Below, piece after piece: positions 1 through 7,108 of a stretch of DNA of 13,592 nt. The notes beneath the pieces were generated by a model. The model did no database searches, was not told the DNA's origin, and worked only from the letters and a program-made list of their open reading frames with translations. Numbering within the stretch: position 1 is the first letter of the stretch; each line of letters starts with the position of its first letter. The position numbers and the translations under genes are program-made. The DNA comes from Planctomycetota bacterium (lineage in GTDB: Bacteria; Planctomycetota; Planctomycetia; Pirellulales; UBA1268). The DNA is taken from contig JBJOHE010000518.1 in the NCBI GenBank assembly GCA_046047895.1, positions 1 to 13,592 of the forward strand, read 5' to 3'.

Positions 1-26
1 CGGGTTTTCTCGCGAAGGAGCGGCGT

Positions 27-857
27 TTGATGGGCAGATTCGACGGAATGAAGGGGCTCGTGCTCGGCGTGGCCAACGACCACTCGATCGCCTGGGCCAT
101 CGCCAAGGAAGTGATGGCCGAGGGCGGCCAGATCGGGTTTTCCCATCTTCCCGACCGTCCCGATGACGAGCGGCAGCGGAACCGCCGCCGGGTGGCCCAG
201 CTCACCGACCCCGAGCCCAACGCGAAGTTCCTCGTGCCGATGGATGTCTCCGACGACGCCCAGATCGCCGCTGTGATCGACCGGGCCAAGCAGGAATTCG
301 GCAGCCTCGACTTCGTCGTCCACTCGATCGCCTTCGCACCGCTCGAGGATCTCAAGGGCGAAACGACCAACTGCAGCCGCGAGGGCTTTCGTCTGGCGAT
401 GGAGACGAGCGCCTACAGCCTGCTGGCCGTCGGCCGGCTCGTCCGCGGGATCTTGGCCAAAGACGCCTCGATCCTCACGCTCACCTATTTCGGCGGTGAG
501 AAGGTCGTGCCGGGCTACAACATCATGGGCGTCTGCAAGGCCACGCTCGACGCCTGCGTGAAATACATGGCCTATGATCTCGGCGCGGCCGGAGTGCGGG
601 TGAACGCCGTGAGCGCCGGGCCGCTGCGGACGCTCGCCGGCCGCGGCGCCGGCGTGGACGACATGCTCGGTCTCTACCAGCACATGTCGCCCATGGGCCG
701 CAACATCACCCACGAGGAGGTGGGCAAGGCCGGCGCCTGGCTGCTCTCGCGAGAGTCGCTCGGAATCACCGGCGAGATTCTCCACGTCGATGCCGGCTAC
801 AACATCATGGGCTCTCCGGGCCGGCTGCTCGACCTCGTGCCCAAGCCCGCCGACTGA
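27..857 (+). CDS. fabI: Enoyl-[acyl-carrier-protein] reductase (NADH), FabI
   Basis: 276-aa ORF. The N-terminus GMKGLVLGVANDHSIAWAIAKE is the FabI-type glycine-rich dinucleotide fold. YNIMGVCKATLDA has the FabI Tyr-x6-Lys catalytic spacing, and a SAGPLRT loop is present. GAAGGAG Shine-Dalgarno at 14-20. Start is TTG 27 or ATG 30. Confidence 0.93.
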   Translation: MMGRFDGMKGLVLGVANDHSIAWAIAKEVMAEGGQIGFSHLPDRPDDERQRNRRRVAQLTDPEPNAKFLVPMDVSDDAQIAAVIDRAKQEFGSLDFVVHSIAFAPLEDLKGETTNCSREGFRLAMETSAYSLLAVGRLVRGILAKDASILTLTYFGGEKVVPGYNIMGVCKATLDACVKYMAYDLGAAGVRVNAVSAGPLRTLAGRGAGVDDMLGLYQHMSPMGRNITHEEVGKAGAWLLSRESLGITGEILHVDAGYNIMGSPGRLLDLVPKPAD

Positions 858-1130
858 TCAGGGCGGGTCGTAGCCGCCGGGGCTCCAAGGATGACAGCGG
901 GCGATCCGGGCGAGGCCCTTGAGGCTGCCCCGGATTGGGCCGTGCCGTTCGACCGCCGCGCGGAAGTAGTTGCTGCAGCTCGGCGTGAACCGGCAGTTCC
1001 TTCCCAACAGCGGGCTGATCGTCCATTGATAGGCGATCACCATCCCGACGAGCGCGACCGTTGCCGCCCGCGAACTCCAGCGGGCCACGACCCGGCCGAG
1101 CCTGACAAACGTGCCGGCCACCACATTCAT
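858..1130 (-). CDS. yidD: Membrane protein insertion efficiency factor YidD
   Basis: Last 90 codons of the 858..1676 [60 protein letters not shown] fits the YidD signature (YQ..ISP...CRF.P.CS.Y ... RCHP...GG.DP). ATG at 1130 overlaps the rnpA stop as ATGA (1127-1130). Confidence 0.85.
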   Translation of the reverse strand: MNVVAGTFVRLGRVVARWSSRAATVALVGMVIAYQWTISPLLGRNCRFTPSCSNYFRAAVERHGPIRGSLKGLARIARCHPWSPGGYDPP

Positions 1131-1555
1131 CGGCCTCTGCCCCGCCGCGGCCGGCGGTCCCCGGCCCGGGGCGGCGGTGCCGGATAGCCCGGCCGGCCGG
1201 TCACCCGGCTGGCGAGCGACTCGATCGCCGCCCCCGCCTGCTCCGCCGCCGCCGCGCCGCGGCCCGGGTCGCCCGATCGCACCACGATCACGTAGTCGGT
1301 GCCCGTTGGCAGCCGGCTGCGAACCAGGCGAAAGGCCTCGCGGAGCCGCCGCTTCCACCGGTTTCGCATCACGGCGTTGCCGATCCGGCGCGAGACGCTC
1401 AGGCCCACCCGCGGATTGGCATCGGCGTCGGCCCGGGGCGCCGCGTAGAGCACCAGCGGCCCGGCGGCCGCGCTGCACCTCCGCTCGTAGACCCGCGAGA
1501 AATCGGCCGGGCTGAGAATCCGAACCGCCCGGGGAAAGCCCTGTCGGCTGGGCAT
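1127..1555 (-). CDS. rnpA: Ribonuclease P protein component RnpA
   Basis: [18 protein letters not shown] plus the basic RNR-motif region [18 protein letters not shown] are diagnostic of bacterial RNase P protein, and yidD follows as in the canonical arrangement. ATG at 1555-1553 shares one base with the upstream stop (TGATG on the - strand). GTG at 1561 is an alternative start. The Arg/Pro-rich C-terminal tail is unusual. Confidence 0.88.
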   Translation of the reverse strand: MPSRQGFPRAVRILSPADFSRVYERRCSAAAGPLVLYAAPRADADANPRVGLSVSRRIGNAVMRNRWKRRLREAFRLVRSRLPTGTDYVIVVRSGDPGRGAAAAEQAGAAIESLASRVTGRPGYPAPPPRAGDRRPRRGRGR

Positions 1556-2523
1556 CACCACCGCAGCGACGCCCGCGGGTCGGCCGAGCCGGCCTGGGCC
1601 TCCCGCGCCACCTCGAGCAGCCGTTCCGCCACAGCCGCGTCGGGGGAGTCAGGGAGCATGATCTGCACCTCGGCAATCAGGTCGCCCTTGGCACCGTTGG
1701 CATGCCTCACGCCCATGCCGGCAGCCCGGAGCTTGCGGCCGCTCGAGGTCTTCGGCGGGATCCGCAGGGAAATCGTGCCCCAGGGCGTGGGCACGTCGAC
1801 CTTTCCGCCTTCGATCGCCTCGGCGAGCGTGATCGGCAGGTGCAGCTCGAGCATGTCACCGGTGCGACGAAAGACCGGATCGGGCTGAATCTGGACCTCG
1901 AGCAGAATGTCACCGGCCGGCCCGCCGCCCGAGCCCGGCATGCCTTGGCCCCGCAGCCGCATCCGCGCCCCGTCGGGAACGCCCTGGGGGATCGTCACGC
2001 TGATCGTCTCGGACTTGCCCGAGCCACGCTCGACTCGCAGTTCGCTCTTGCCTCCCTCGATGGCCTGGCGGAAGGGAATCTCGATCCGGGCCTGGATGTC
2101 TTGACCCGGCTTGGCTGCCGACCGCCGCCGACCGCCGCGACCACCCCCGGCCGCCCGGCCGAAGAGCTGCTCGAATCCGCCGCCCCCGCCCAGGATGCTC
2201 TCCAGGTCGATCTCGGCACCGCCGCCAAAGCCGCCGCCGAACCCGCCACCACCCCCTGGAAATGGGCCGCTCCAGCCGCCCTGGGGGCCTCCGGGGCCCA
2301 CGCCTTCGAAGCCGGGACCATAGCGGTCGTACATCTCCCGCTTGCTTGCGTCGTTCAGCACATCGAAGGCGTTTTGGACCTGCTTGAACTTCTCCTTCGC
2401 CGCATCGTCGTCGGGATGCAGGTCGGGGTGATACTTCCGGGCCAATTCGCGGTAGGCCTTGCGGATGTCCTCGGCCGACGCCGTGCGGGGCACGCCGAGT
2501 GTGTCGTAATGATCCTCCGCCAT
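1555..2523 (-). CDS. cbpA: DnaJ-class co-chaperone, type II (CbpA-like: J domain + Gly/Phe-rich linker + C-terminal substrate-binding domains, no zinc finger)
   Basis: N-terminus [36 protein letters not shown] is a J domain with the HPD motif, followed by a [13 protein letters not shown] linker. No CxxCxGxG repeats are present. The C-terminal beta-domains ([12 protein letters not shown]) resemble CbpA/DnaJ CTD. Confidence 0.85.
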   Translation of the reverse strand: MAEDHYDTLGVPRTASAEDIRKAYRELARKYHPDLHPDDDAAKEKFKQVQNAFDVLNDASKREMYDRYGPGFEGVGPGGPQGGWSGPFPGGGGGFGGGFGGGAEIDLESILGGGGGFEQLFGRAAGGGRGGRRRSAAKPGQDIQARIEIPFRQAIEGGKSELRVERGSGKSETISVTIPQGVPDGARMRLRGQGMPGSGGGPAGDILLEVQIQPDPVFRRTGDMLELHLPITLAEAIEGGKVDVPTPWGTISLRIPPKTSSGRKLRAAGMGVRHANGAKGDLIAEVQIMLPDSPDAAVAERLLEVAREAQAGSADPRASLRW

Positions 2524-2565
2524 CGGGTCGATCCAGCCGCAGTCTGAGGTGGGGAAACGCCCCGG

Positions 2566-2571
2566 ATTCTA
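2566..2571 (-). promoter_or_regulatory. Candidate -10 element (TAGAAT) for the cbpA-like/rnpA/yidD operon
   Basis: The reverse complement of attcta at 2566-2571 is TAGAAT, ~40 nt upstream of ATG 2523 in the 91-bp gap after ppk. The -35 is weak. Confidence 0.25.
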
Positions 2572-2614
2572 GGCGGACTGCGACGGCGACGAAAGTGGAG
2601 CAACCGCCCGGGCC

Positions 2615-4756
2615 TCACGACGCAATGATCGGCTCCCGCGATTCAGTCGGCTGCCCGGTGGGCCGTTGGGCCAGAAACTCCTGCTGGCAGCGGCGGGCCG
2701 GTTCGCCCTCGGCCGGATGCAGTAGATGAAACTGCCCTTCGGCATCGAGCACCCGGGCCCGGGTGTTGTCGGCCAGATACACCGGCAGGATCTCCGTCAG
2801 GATCCGCTGCACCAGGGCAGGGTCGAGCACGGGAAACATCACCTCGACGCGGCGGAAGAAGTTGCGGGGCATCCAGTCGGCGCTCGAGAGAAACACCTGC
2901 GCCTCGTCGTCGGCTCCAAAGACGTAGATCCGGCTGTGTTCCAGGAACCGATCGACGATGCTCCGCACGCGGATCGTCTCGCTCAGGCCCGGCACCCCCG
3001 GCCTGAGCCCGCAGATGCCGCGGGGCACGATGTCGATCGGCACACCGGCCTGGCTGGCACGGTAGAGCGCCGAGATCACGTCGTCGTCGACGAGCGAATT
3101 GAGCTTGGCGAAGATCCGCGCCGGCCGCCCCTCACGGGCACGGGCGGCCTGCTCGTCGATCAGTTCGAGCGTCCGTCTGTGCAGGTGGTCTGGCGCCACG
3201 ATCAGCCGCTGCCAGGCGTGCCCCTGAGAGTAGCCCGTGAGGAGGTTGAACAGCGCGGAGGCATCATCCGCGATCGCCTCATCGGCCGTGAATAGGCCGA
3301 TGTCGGTGTAGAGCAGCGCCGTGGTCGGGTTGTAGTTGCCGGTGCCCAGATGCACATACCGGCGGAGGCCGGTGCCCTCCTGCCGGACGACGAGCGACAC
3401 CTTGCAGTGGGTCTTGAGGTCGAGGAAGCCGAACACCACATGCACTCCGGCCCGCTCCATCTGACGGGCCCAGCTCACGTTGTTGGCCTCGTCGAACCGC
3501 GCCTTGAGTTCGACCAGCGCGGTCACATGCTTGCCCGACTCCGCGGCCGCGATCAGGGCCCGGGAGATCGGCGAGTCGCCGCTCGTGCGATAGAGCGTCT
3601 GCTTGATCGCAAGCACCCGCGGATCGCTCGCCGCCTTGGTGACGAACTCGACCACGGGATCGAACGATTCATAGGGATGATGGAGCAGAATGTCGCGGCG
3701 GGCGATCACCTTGAAGATGTCGTCGCCATGCCGCTCGAGCCCGCGGGGAGGACGGGGCGTGAACGGCTTGTCGTGCAGCCGCTCGAAGCCGGGCAGTTTG
3801 TGGAGTTCCCAGACGGCCGTGAGGTCGAGCGGTCCGTCGATCCGATAGACCTCCGTGTAGCCGTCGCCGTCCCCTTCCGCCGCCTGCAGTCCTTCCTCGT
3901 CGATGATCAGGGCCGCCAGTCGCTCGTCGGCCTTGGCTGCAATCTCCAGTCGCACCGCCTGGCCGCGTTGCCGGGCCTTGAGCCGGTCTTCGATCAGCTT
4001 GAGCATGTCGTCCGACTCCTGCTCAAGCAACTCGAGGTCGCTGTCGCGGGTGATTCGGAACGCGGTCCAAGAGTCGACCTCGAATCCGCCGAACAGGTCT
4101 GGTAGGCGGGCCGAGATCACGTCTTCCAGGAGCACAAATGGAATCCGCCCCGGTTCGCCGCCCGGCAGCATCACGATCCGCGGCAGCACCTGCGGCACCT
4201 GGACGACGGCGAAGAGCTGCTTCGGCCCGAGCCCGGCTGCCCGATGGAGCATGACACCGAGATAGAGCCCGCGGTTGTGGTACCGGGGCGAGGGGTGGGC
4301 CGGATCAACGGCCATCGGCGTGAGGATCGGCTGGGCCCGCTCATGAAAGAAGCGGTCGACCTGTGCCCGCTGCTCGCCCTCGAGCGCGGCGTACCGGAGG
4401 AGTTGGAATCCTTCCGCCTCGAGCGCCGGCCCGATGCTCTCTCGCAGGCAGCGATACTGCCGGGCCACCAGCTCCTGGGTGCGGATCGCGATTGCCTTGA
4501 GCTGGGCGAGCGCCGACATGCCATCGGGGGCCACGTCTTGCGGGGCGCTCTCGCCGAAGGCCTGCTCCCGCAGCCCCGCGACCCGGACCATGAAGAATTC
4601 GTCGAGGTTGGAGCTGAAGATCGCGAGAAACTTGAGCCGCTCCATCAGCGGATTCTCGGGATTCTCGGCCTCCTCGAGCACACGGAGATTGAACTCAAGC
4701 CAGCTCAGTTCCCGGTTGATGAAACATTCTGGTCCAAACGGCGCTTCGATCGTCAT
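2615..4756 (-). CDS. ppk: Polyphosphate kinase 1
   Basis: From ATG 4756: MTIEAPFGPECFINRELSWLEFNLRVLEEAENPENPLMERLKFLAIFSSNLDEFFMVRVAGL aligns from memory with the E. coli PPK N-terminus (YIEKELSWLSFNERVLQEA...[25 protein letters not shown]). Length is 713 aa, and a conserved LKTHCKVSLVVRQE segment is present. The 157 codons upstream in the ORF track are Arg/Pro junk that overlaps the divergent gene. Confidence 0.93.
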   Translation of the reverse strand: MTIEAPFGPECFINRELSWLEFNLRVLEEAENPENPLMERLKFLAIFSSNLDEFFMVRVAGLREQAFGESAPQDVAPDGMSALAQLKAIAIRTQELVARQYRCLRESIGPALEAEGFQLLRYAALEGEQRAQVDRFFHERAQPILTPMAVDPAHPSPRYHNRGLYLGVMLHRAAGLGPKQLFAVVQVPQVLPRIVMLPGGEPGRIPFVLLEDVISARLPDLFGGFEVDSWTAFRITRDSDLELLEQESDDMLKLIEDRLKARQRGQAVRLEIAAKADERLAALIIDEEGLQAAEGDGDGYTEVYRIDGPLDLTAVWELHKLPGFERLHDKPFTPRPPRGLERHGDDIFKVIARRDILLHHPYESFDPVVEFVTKAASDPRVLAIKQTLYRTSGDSPISRALIAAAESGKHVTALVELKARFDEANNVSWARQMERAGVHVVFGFLDLKTHCKVSLVVRQEGTGLRRYVHLGTGNYNPTTALLYTDIGLFTADEAIADDASALFNLLTGYSQGHAWQRLIVAPDHLHRRTLELIDEQAARAREGRPARIFAKLNSLVDDDVISALYRASQAGVPIDIVPRGICGLRPGVPGLSETIRVRSIVDRFLEHSRIYVFGADDEAQVFLSSADWMPRNFFRRVEVMFPVLDPALVQRILTEILPVYLADNTRARVLDAEGQFHLLHPAEGEPARRCQQEFLAQRPTGQPTESREPIIAS

Positions 4757-4878
4757 GCTGGTCGGTGCCTGCCCGTCCACGGGGATCGCCCCGCCGCCCG
4801 GTGCGGCGAAGGCTCGCACAGTGTAGCCTCGCATGCCCTTCGGCCCCCGAAGGTTCACGAGACTCACAGAATCCTCGC

Positions 4879-5805
4879 ATGACCTCCGCCACCGCCTTCG
4901 AAACTGCCTGTCAAACAGCTCTGACACAGTTGCCGACAGCGCATCGCCCCTGGAGCTGCGGCTGGTCGGCCGCCGTGGCGGGCATCCTCGAGGCCGCGGC
5001 CGCGAAGCCCGGCAACGTGTATCCCGGCCGCTCCTTCCCCGACCTGAGCTTCGACGAGTTGGTGGCCGCGGCGATCGCCATCGCCGAGCCGCTGGAGCAT
5101 GCCCACCGGAACCCGCTCGGGGCGACCATCCTCGCCGCCGTGCGGCAGGCCCGGGCCGCGACCAGGACCAATGCCAACCTCGGCGTCGTGCTTCTGGTCG
5201 CACCGCTGGCGGCAGCCCCGTTCCCACCCACGCCGCAGGGTGTCGAGGCCGTGATGGGAGCGCTCGGTCCGGCCGACGCTGCGGCGATCTGGGAGGCGAT
5301 CAACCTGGCCCGCCCCGGCGGCCTGGGCCGCAGCGAGCGGTGGGATCTGGCCGATCCCGCCCCTCCCGACATCCGCCTGGCGATGCGGCAGGCGGCCGAC
5401 CGCGACACGATCGCCCGGCTCTGGGCCGAAGGCTTCGACGACCTGTTCACGGGGCCCGTGGCCGACCTGGCGGCTCACACCGCAGCCCGGCTGCCGCTGG
5501 CGGACGCGATTCTGGCAACCTTCCTCAGGCAGTTGGCCCGCGGGCCCGATTCACTGATCCTGAGACGACACGGAGCCGCGGTGGCAGAAGAGGTCCGGCA
5601 CCGGGCCGAGCGGCTTGTGGTGGGCCAGGCCGGCCCCGGCTGGACGCACGGGGTCGCCGGCTTCGATAACTTCCTCCGGCAGCCCCGGCGGCTCAACCCG
5701 GGCACCACGGCCGACCTCGTGGCTGCCGCCCTCTATATTCTGCTGCGGGACGGACGGCTCCGGCCCGCCCTTCCCTTTCCCACGCCCCCCTTCGCCCCCG
5801 GGTAG
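4879..5805 (+). CDS. Triphosphoribosyl-dephospho-CoA synthase (CitG/MdcB) family protein, the type found in H4MPT gene islands ('orf7'-like)
   Basis: 308 aa from ATG 4879. The KPGNVYPGRSFPDLSFDE segment corresponds to the CitG KPGLVD...H.DM region, and C-terminal LNPGTTADLVAAALYIL matches CitG LSPGGSADLL. Family assignment is from remembered motifs only. Confidence 0.7.
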   Translation: MTSATAFETACQTALTQLPTAHRPWSCGWSAAVAGILEAAAAKPGNVYPGRSFPDLSFDELVAAAIAIAEPLEHAHRNPLGATILAAVRQARAATRTNANLGVVLLVAPLAAAPFPPTPQGVEAVMGALGPADAAAIWEAINLARPGGLGRSERWDLADPAPPDIRLAMRQAADRDTIARLWAEGFDDLFTGPVADLAAHTAARLPLADAILATFLRQLARGPDSLILRRHGAAVAEEVRHRAERLVVGQAGPGWTHGVAGFDNFLRQPRRLNPGTTADLVAAALYILLRDGRLRPALPFPTPPFAPG

Positions 5806-5811
5806 CGGCCC

Positions 5812-6318
5812 ATGCCCCAGCAGTTTCAGGTCTCGCTCCGCAAGGCGGTGCATGTCTTCTCCGCCGGCCACTTCATCACGCTGACCGATCAGCTCTGCGA
5901 GCCGATCCACGGCCACAACTGGACCGTCGGCGTGGATGCGGCAGGTGAGCCCGACCGGCATGGCATGGTGATCGACTTCATCGCCCTGCGGGACACCATC
6001 ACGGCGATCCTCACCGAACTCGACCACCGCATGCTGCTGCCCGCGACCAATCCGCTGCTCGAAGTAGGGATCGGCCCCGGTCCGCTCGGTCAGGATGAGG
6101 TGACGGTGCGGTTCGCCGATCGCCGCTGGGTGTTCCCGGCGGCCGAGTGCACGATCCTGCCGATCGCCAACACCACCGCCGAGTGGCTCGCCCGCTGGAT
6201 CGGCCAGGAACTGCTGGCACGACTCGCGGCGCTGGGCCAGCCGCCGGCCGGCCTGCTCCGCGTGAGCGTGGACGAATGCCTCGGCCAGTCGGGCGTGTGG
6301 GAGCACACCGCCGACTAA
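5812..6318 (+). CDS. 6-pyruvoyl-tetrahydropterin synthase / 6-carboxytetrahydropterin synthase (PTPS/QueD, COG0720) family protein
   Basis: FSAGHFI ... LCEPIHGHNWTV gives the CxxxHGH zinc/catalytic motif. GMVIDFIALRD, LDHRMLLP and NTTAEWLARWI match the PTPS fold. The ATG lies 6 nt after the upstream stop, so it is probably co-transcribed with the CitG-like gene. Confidence 0.8.
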   Translation: MPQQFQVSLRKAVHVFSAGHFITLTDQLCEPIHGHNWTVGVDAAGEPDRHGMVIDFIALRDTITAILTELDHRMLLPATNPLLEVGIGPGPLGQDEVTVRFADRRWVFPAAECTILPIANTTAEWLARWIGQELLARLAALGQPPAGLLRVSVDECLGQSGVWEHTAD

Positions 6319-6336
6319 CGCCGGCTCGGGAGCGAA

Positions 6337-7077
6337 TCAGGTGGTTGCGACCACCAGCTTGGCGGCTGCCTCGAGCGAAAGCGCGAGCTCGCGGCCATCC
6401 ACCCTCACCCGCATCAGGCCGGCCCCGTCGGGATGGTCTGCCACCTCCCCGACCGCGCCGAGCGTGAGGCTGCACTCGGTGAGGTAGCGGAGAAACTCGG
6501 GCGACTGGTCGATCACCCGGGCCAGTCGGAACGTCTCGCCCAGGTCGCACTCCGCCAGCAGCCGCGCAGCCGCATCGTCGCCCTCGGAGAGGCTGTGGGC
6601 ATCGGCGGCGGGGATCGGATCGCCATGAGGATCGACCTCCGGCCTGCCGAGAAAGGCGTCGATCCGTTCCACGAGGAGGTCGCTGACCGCATGCTCCATG
6701 TGTTCGGCCTCGTCGTGGACCTCGTCCCAGGTCATGTCGAGGGTGCGCATCAAAAAGAGTTCGATCAGGCGGTGTCGGCGGATCACCCGCAGGGCGAGCA
6801 TCCGCCCGGCCCGCGTCAGGGCCACGCCTTCGTAGCGGCGATGGGTCGCCAGTCGGGCCGTGTCGAGCGTCTTGAGCATGCTCGTGACCGTGCCGGGTGA
6901 CACGCCGAGCGCGGTGGCGATCTGGCCGGTCGTGGCGGGCCGGCCATCCTGGGCCGCCGTCAGCTGGTAGATCGTCTTGGCGTAGTTTTCGACGGTCAGG
7001 CTGGGCACGGCAGCGGATCCGAAAGTTCGGTGGAGAGCGACGGCGACGCGGGCTGTTTGCCTCAGGGCCGCCGGCAT
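6337..7077 (-). CDS. DtxR/MntR-family metal-dependent transcriptional regulator with C-terminal FeoA/SH3-like domain
   Basis: VENYAKTIYQL...TTGQIATALGVSPGTVTSMLKTL is a wHTH. RRHRLIELFL...LDMTWDEVHDEAEHMEHAVS is the dimerisation/metal-site region. The C-terminal FRLARVID...GAVGEV resembles a FeoA-like domain. Start is uncertain: TTG 7098, ATG 7077 or GTG 7008. The GTG would give the usual short N-terminus and a 98-bp divergent region. Confidence 0.85.
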   Translation of the reverse strand: MPAALRQTARVAVALHRTFGSAAVPSLTVENYAKTIYQLTAAQDGRPATTGQIATALGVSPGTVTSMLKTLDTARLATHRRYEGVALTRAGRMLALRVIRRHRLIELFLMRTLDMTWDEVHDEAEHMEHAVSDLLVERIDAFLGRPEVDPHGDPIPAADAHSLSEGDDAAARLLAECDLGETFRLARVIDQSPEFLRYLTECSLTLGAVGEVADHPDGAGLMRVRVDGRELALSLEAAAKLVVATT

Positions 7078-7085
7078 CGCATTAT
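7057..7085 (+). promoter_or_regulatory. Candidate sigma70-type promoter for mch
   Basis: TTGCCT (7057-7062), 17-bp spacer, CATTAT (7080-7085). The predicted start near 7092 gives a ~15-nt leader. Sequence match only, and planctomycete promoter rules are poorly known. Confidence 0.3.
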
Positions 7086-7108
7086 GGCATCCGAACAAGG
7101 CATCGCAT
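7073..7108. repeat. Three direct GGCATC repeats at exact 13-bp phase (7073, 7086, 7099); the outer two extend to GGCATCGCAT
   Basis: Read directly from the sequence: ccGGCATCGCATtatGGCATCcgaacaaGGCATCGCATgc. The third unit runs into the mch ATG (7107). The first unit contains the complement of the ATG-7077 start candidate of the DtxR-family gene. Confidence 0.6.

Noticed and set aside
1131-1676. Upstream 182 codons of the 272-aa ORF that contains yidD
   Set aside because: Arg/Gly/Pro junk overlapping rnpA in another frame. YidD homology and the ATGA coupling define the start at 1130.
1702-2547. 281-aa ORF antisense to the J-protein gene, and similar ORFs at 2726-3295, 3350-4105, 4244-4882, 4833-5669, 5551-6306, 6011-6550, 10072-10980 and 10736-11272
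   Set aside because: All lie opposite to, or out of frame with, genes that have clear homology. None shows a motif I recognise, and their composition is GC-frame artefact.
4867-4881. CAGAAT (4867-4872) as a -10 box making the CitG-like mRNA leaderless at ATG 4879
   Set aside because: There is no -35 at sensible spacing. It is a single weak hexamer, too speculative to list as a feature.
4757-5227. N-terminal 157 codons of the 870-aa ORF that contains ppk
   Set aside because: Arg/Pro/Ser-rich low-complexity translation, typical of an open off-frame in GC-rich DNA. It overlaps the well-supported divergent CitG-like gene. PPK1 homology begins exactly at the ATG at 4756.
6897-7106. 70-codon N-terminal extension of the mch ORF
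   Set aside because: Arg/Trp/Ser junk antisense to the DtxR-family gene. Mch homology starts at MQLNHKAF (ATG 7107).
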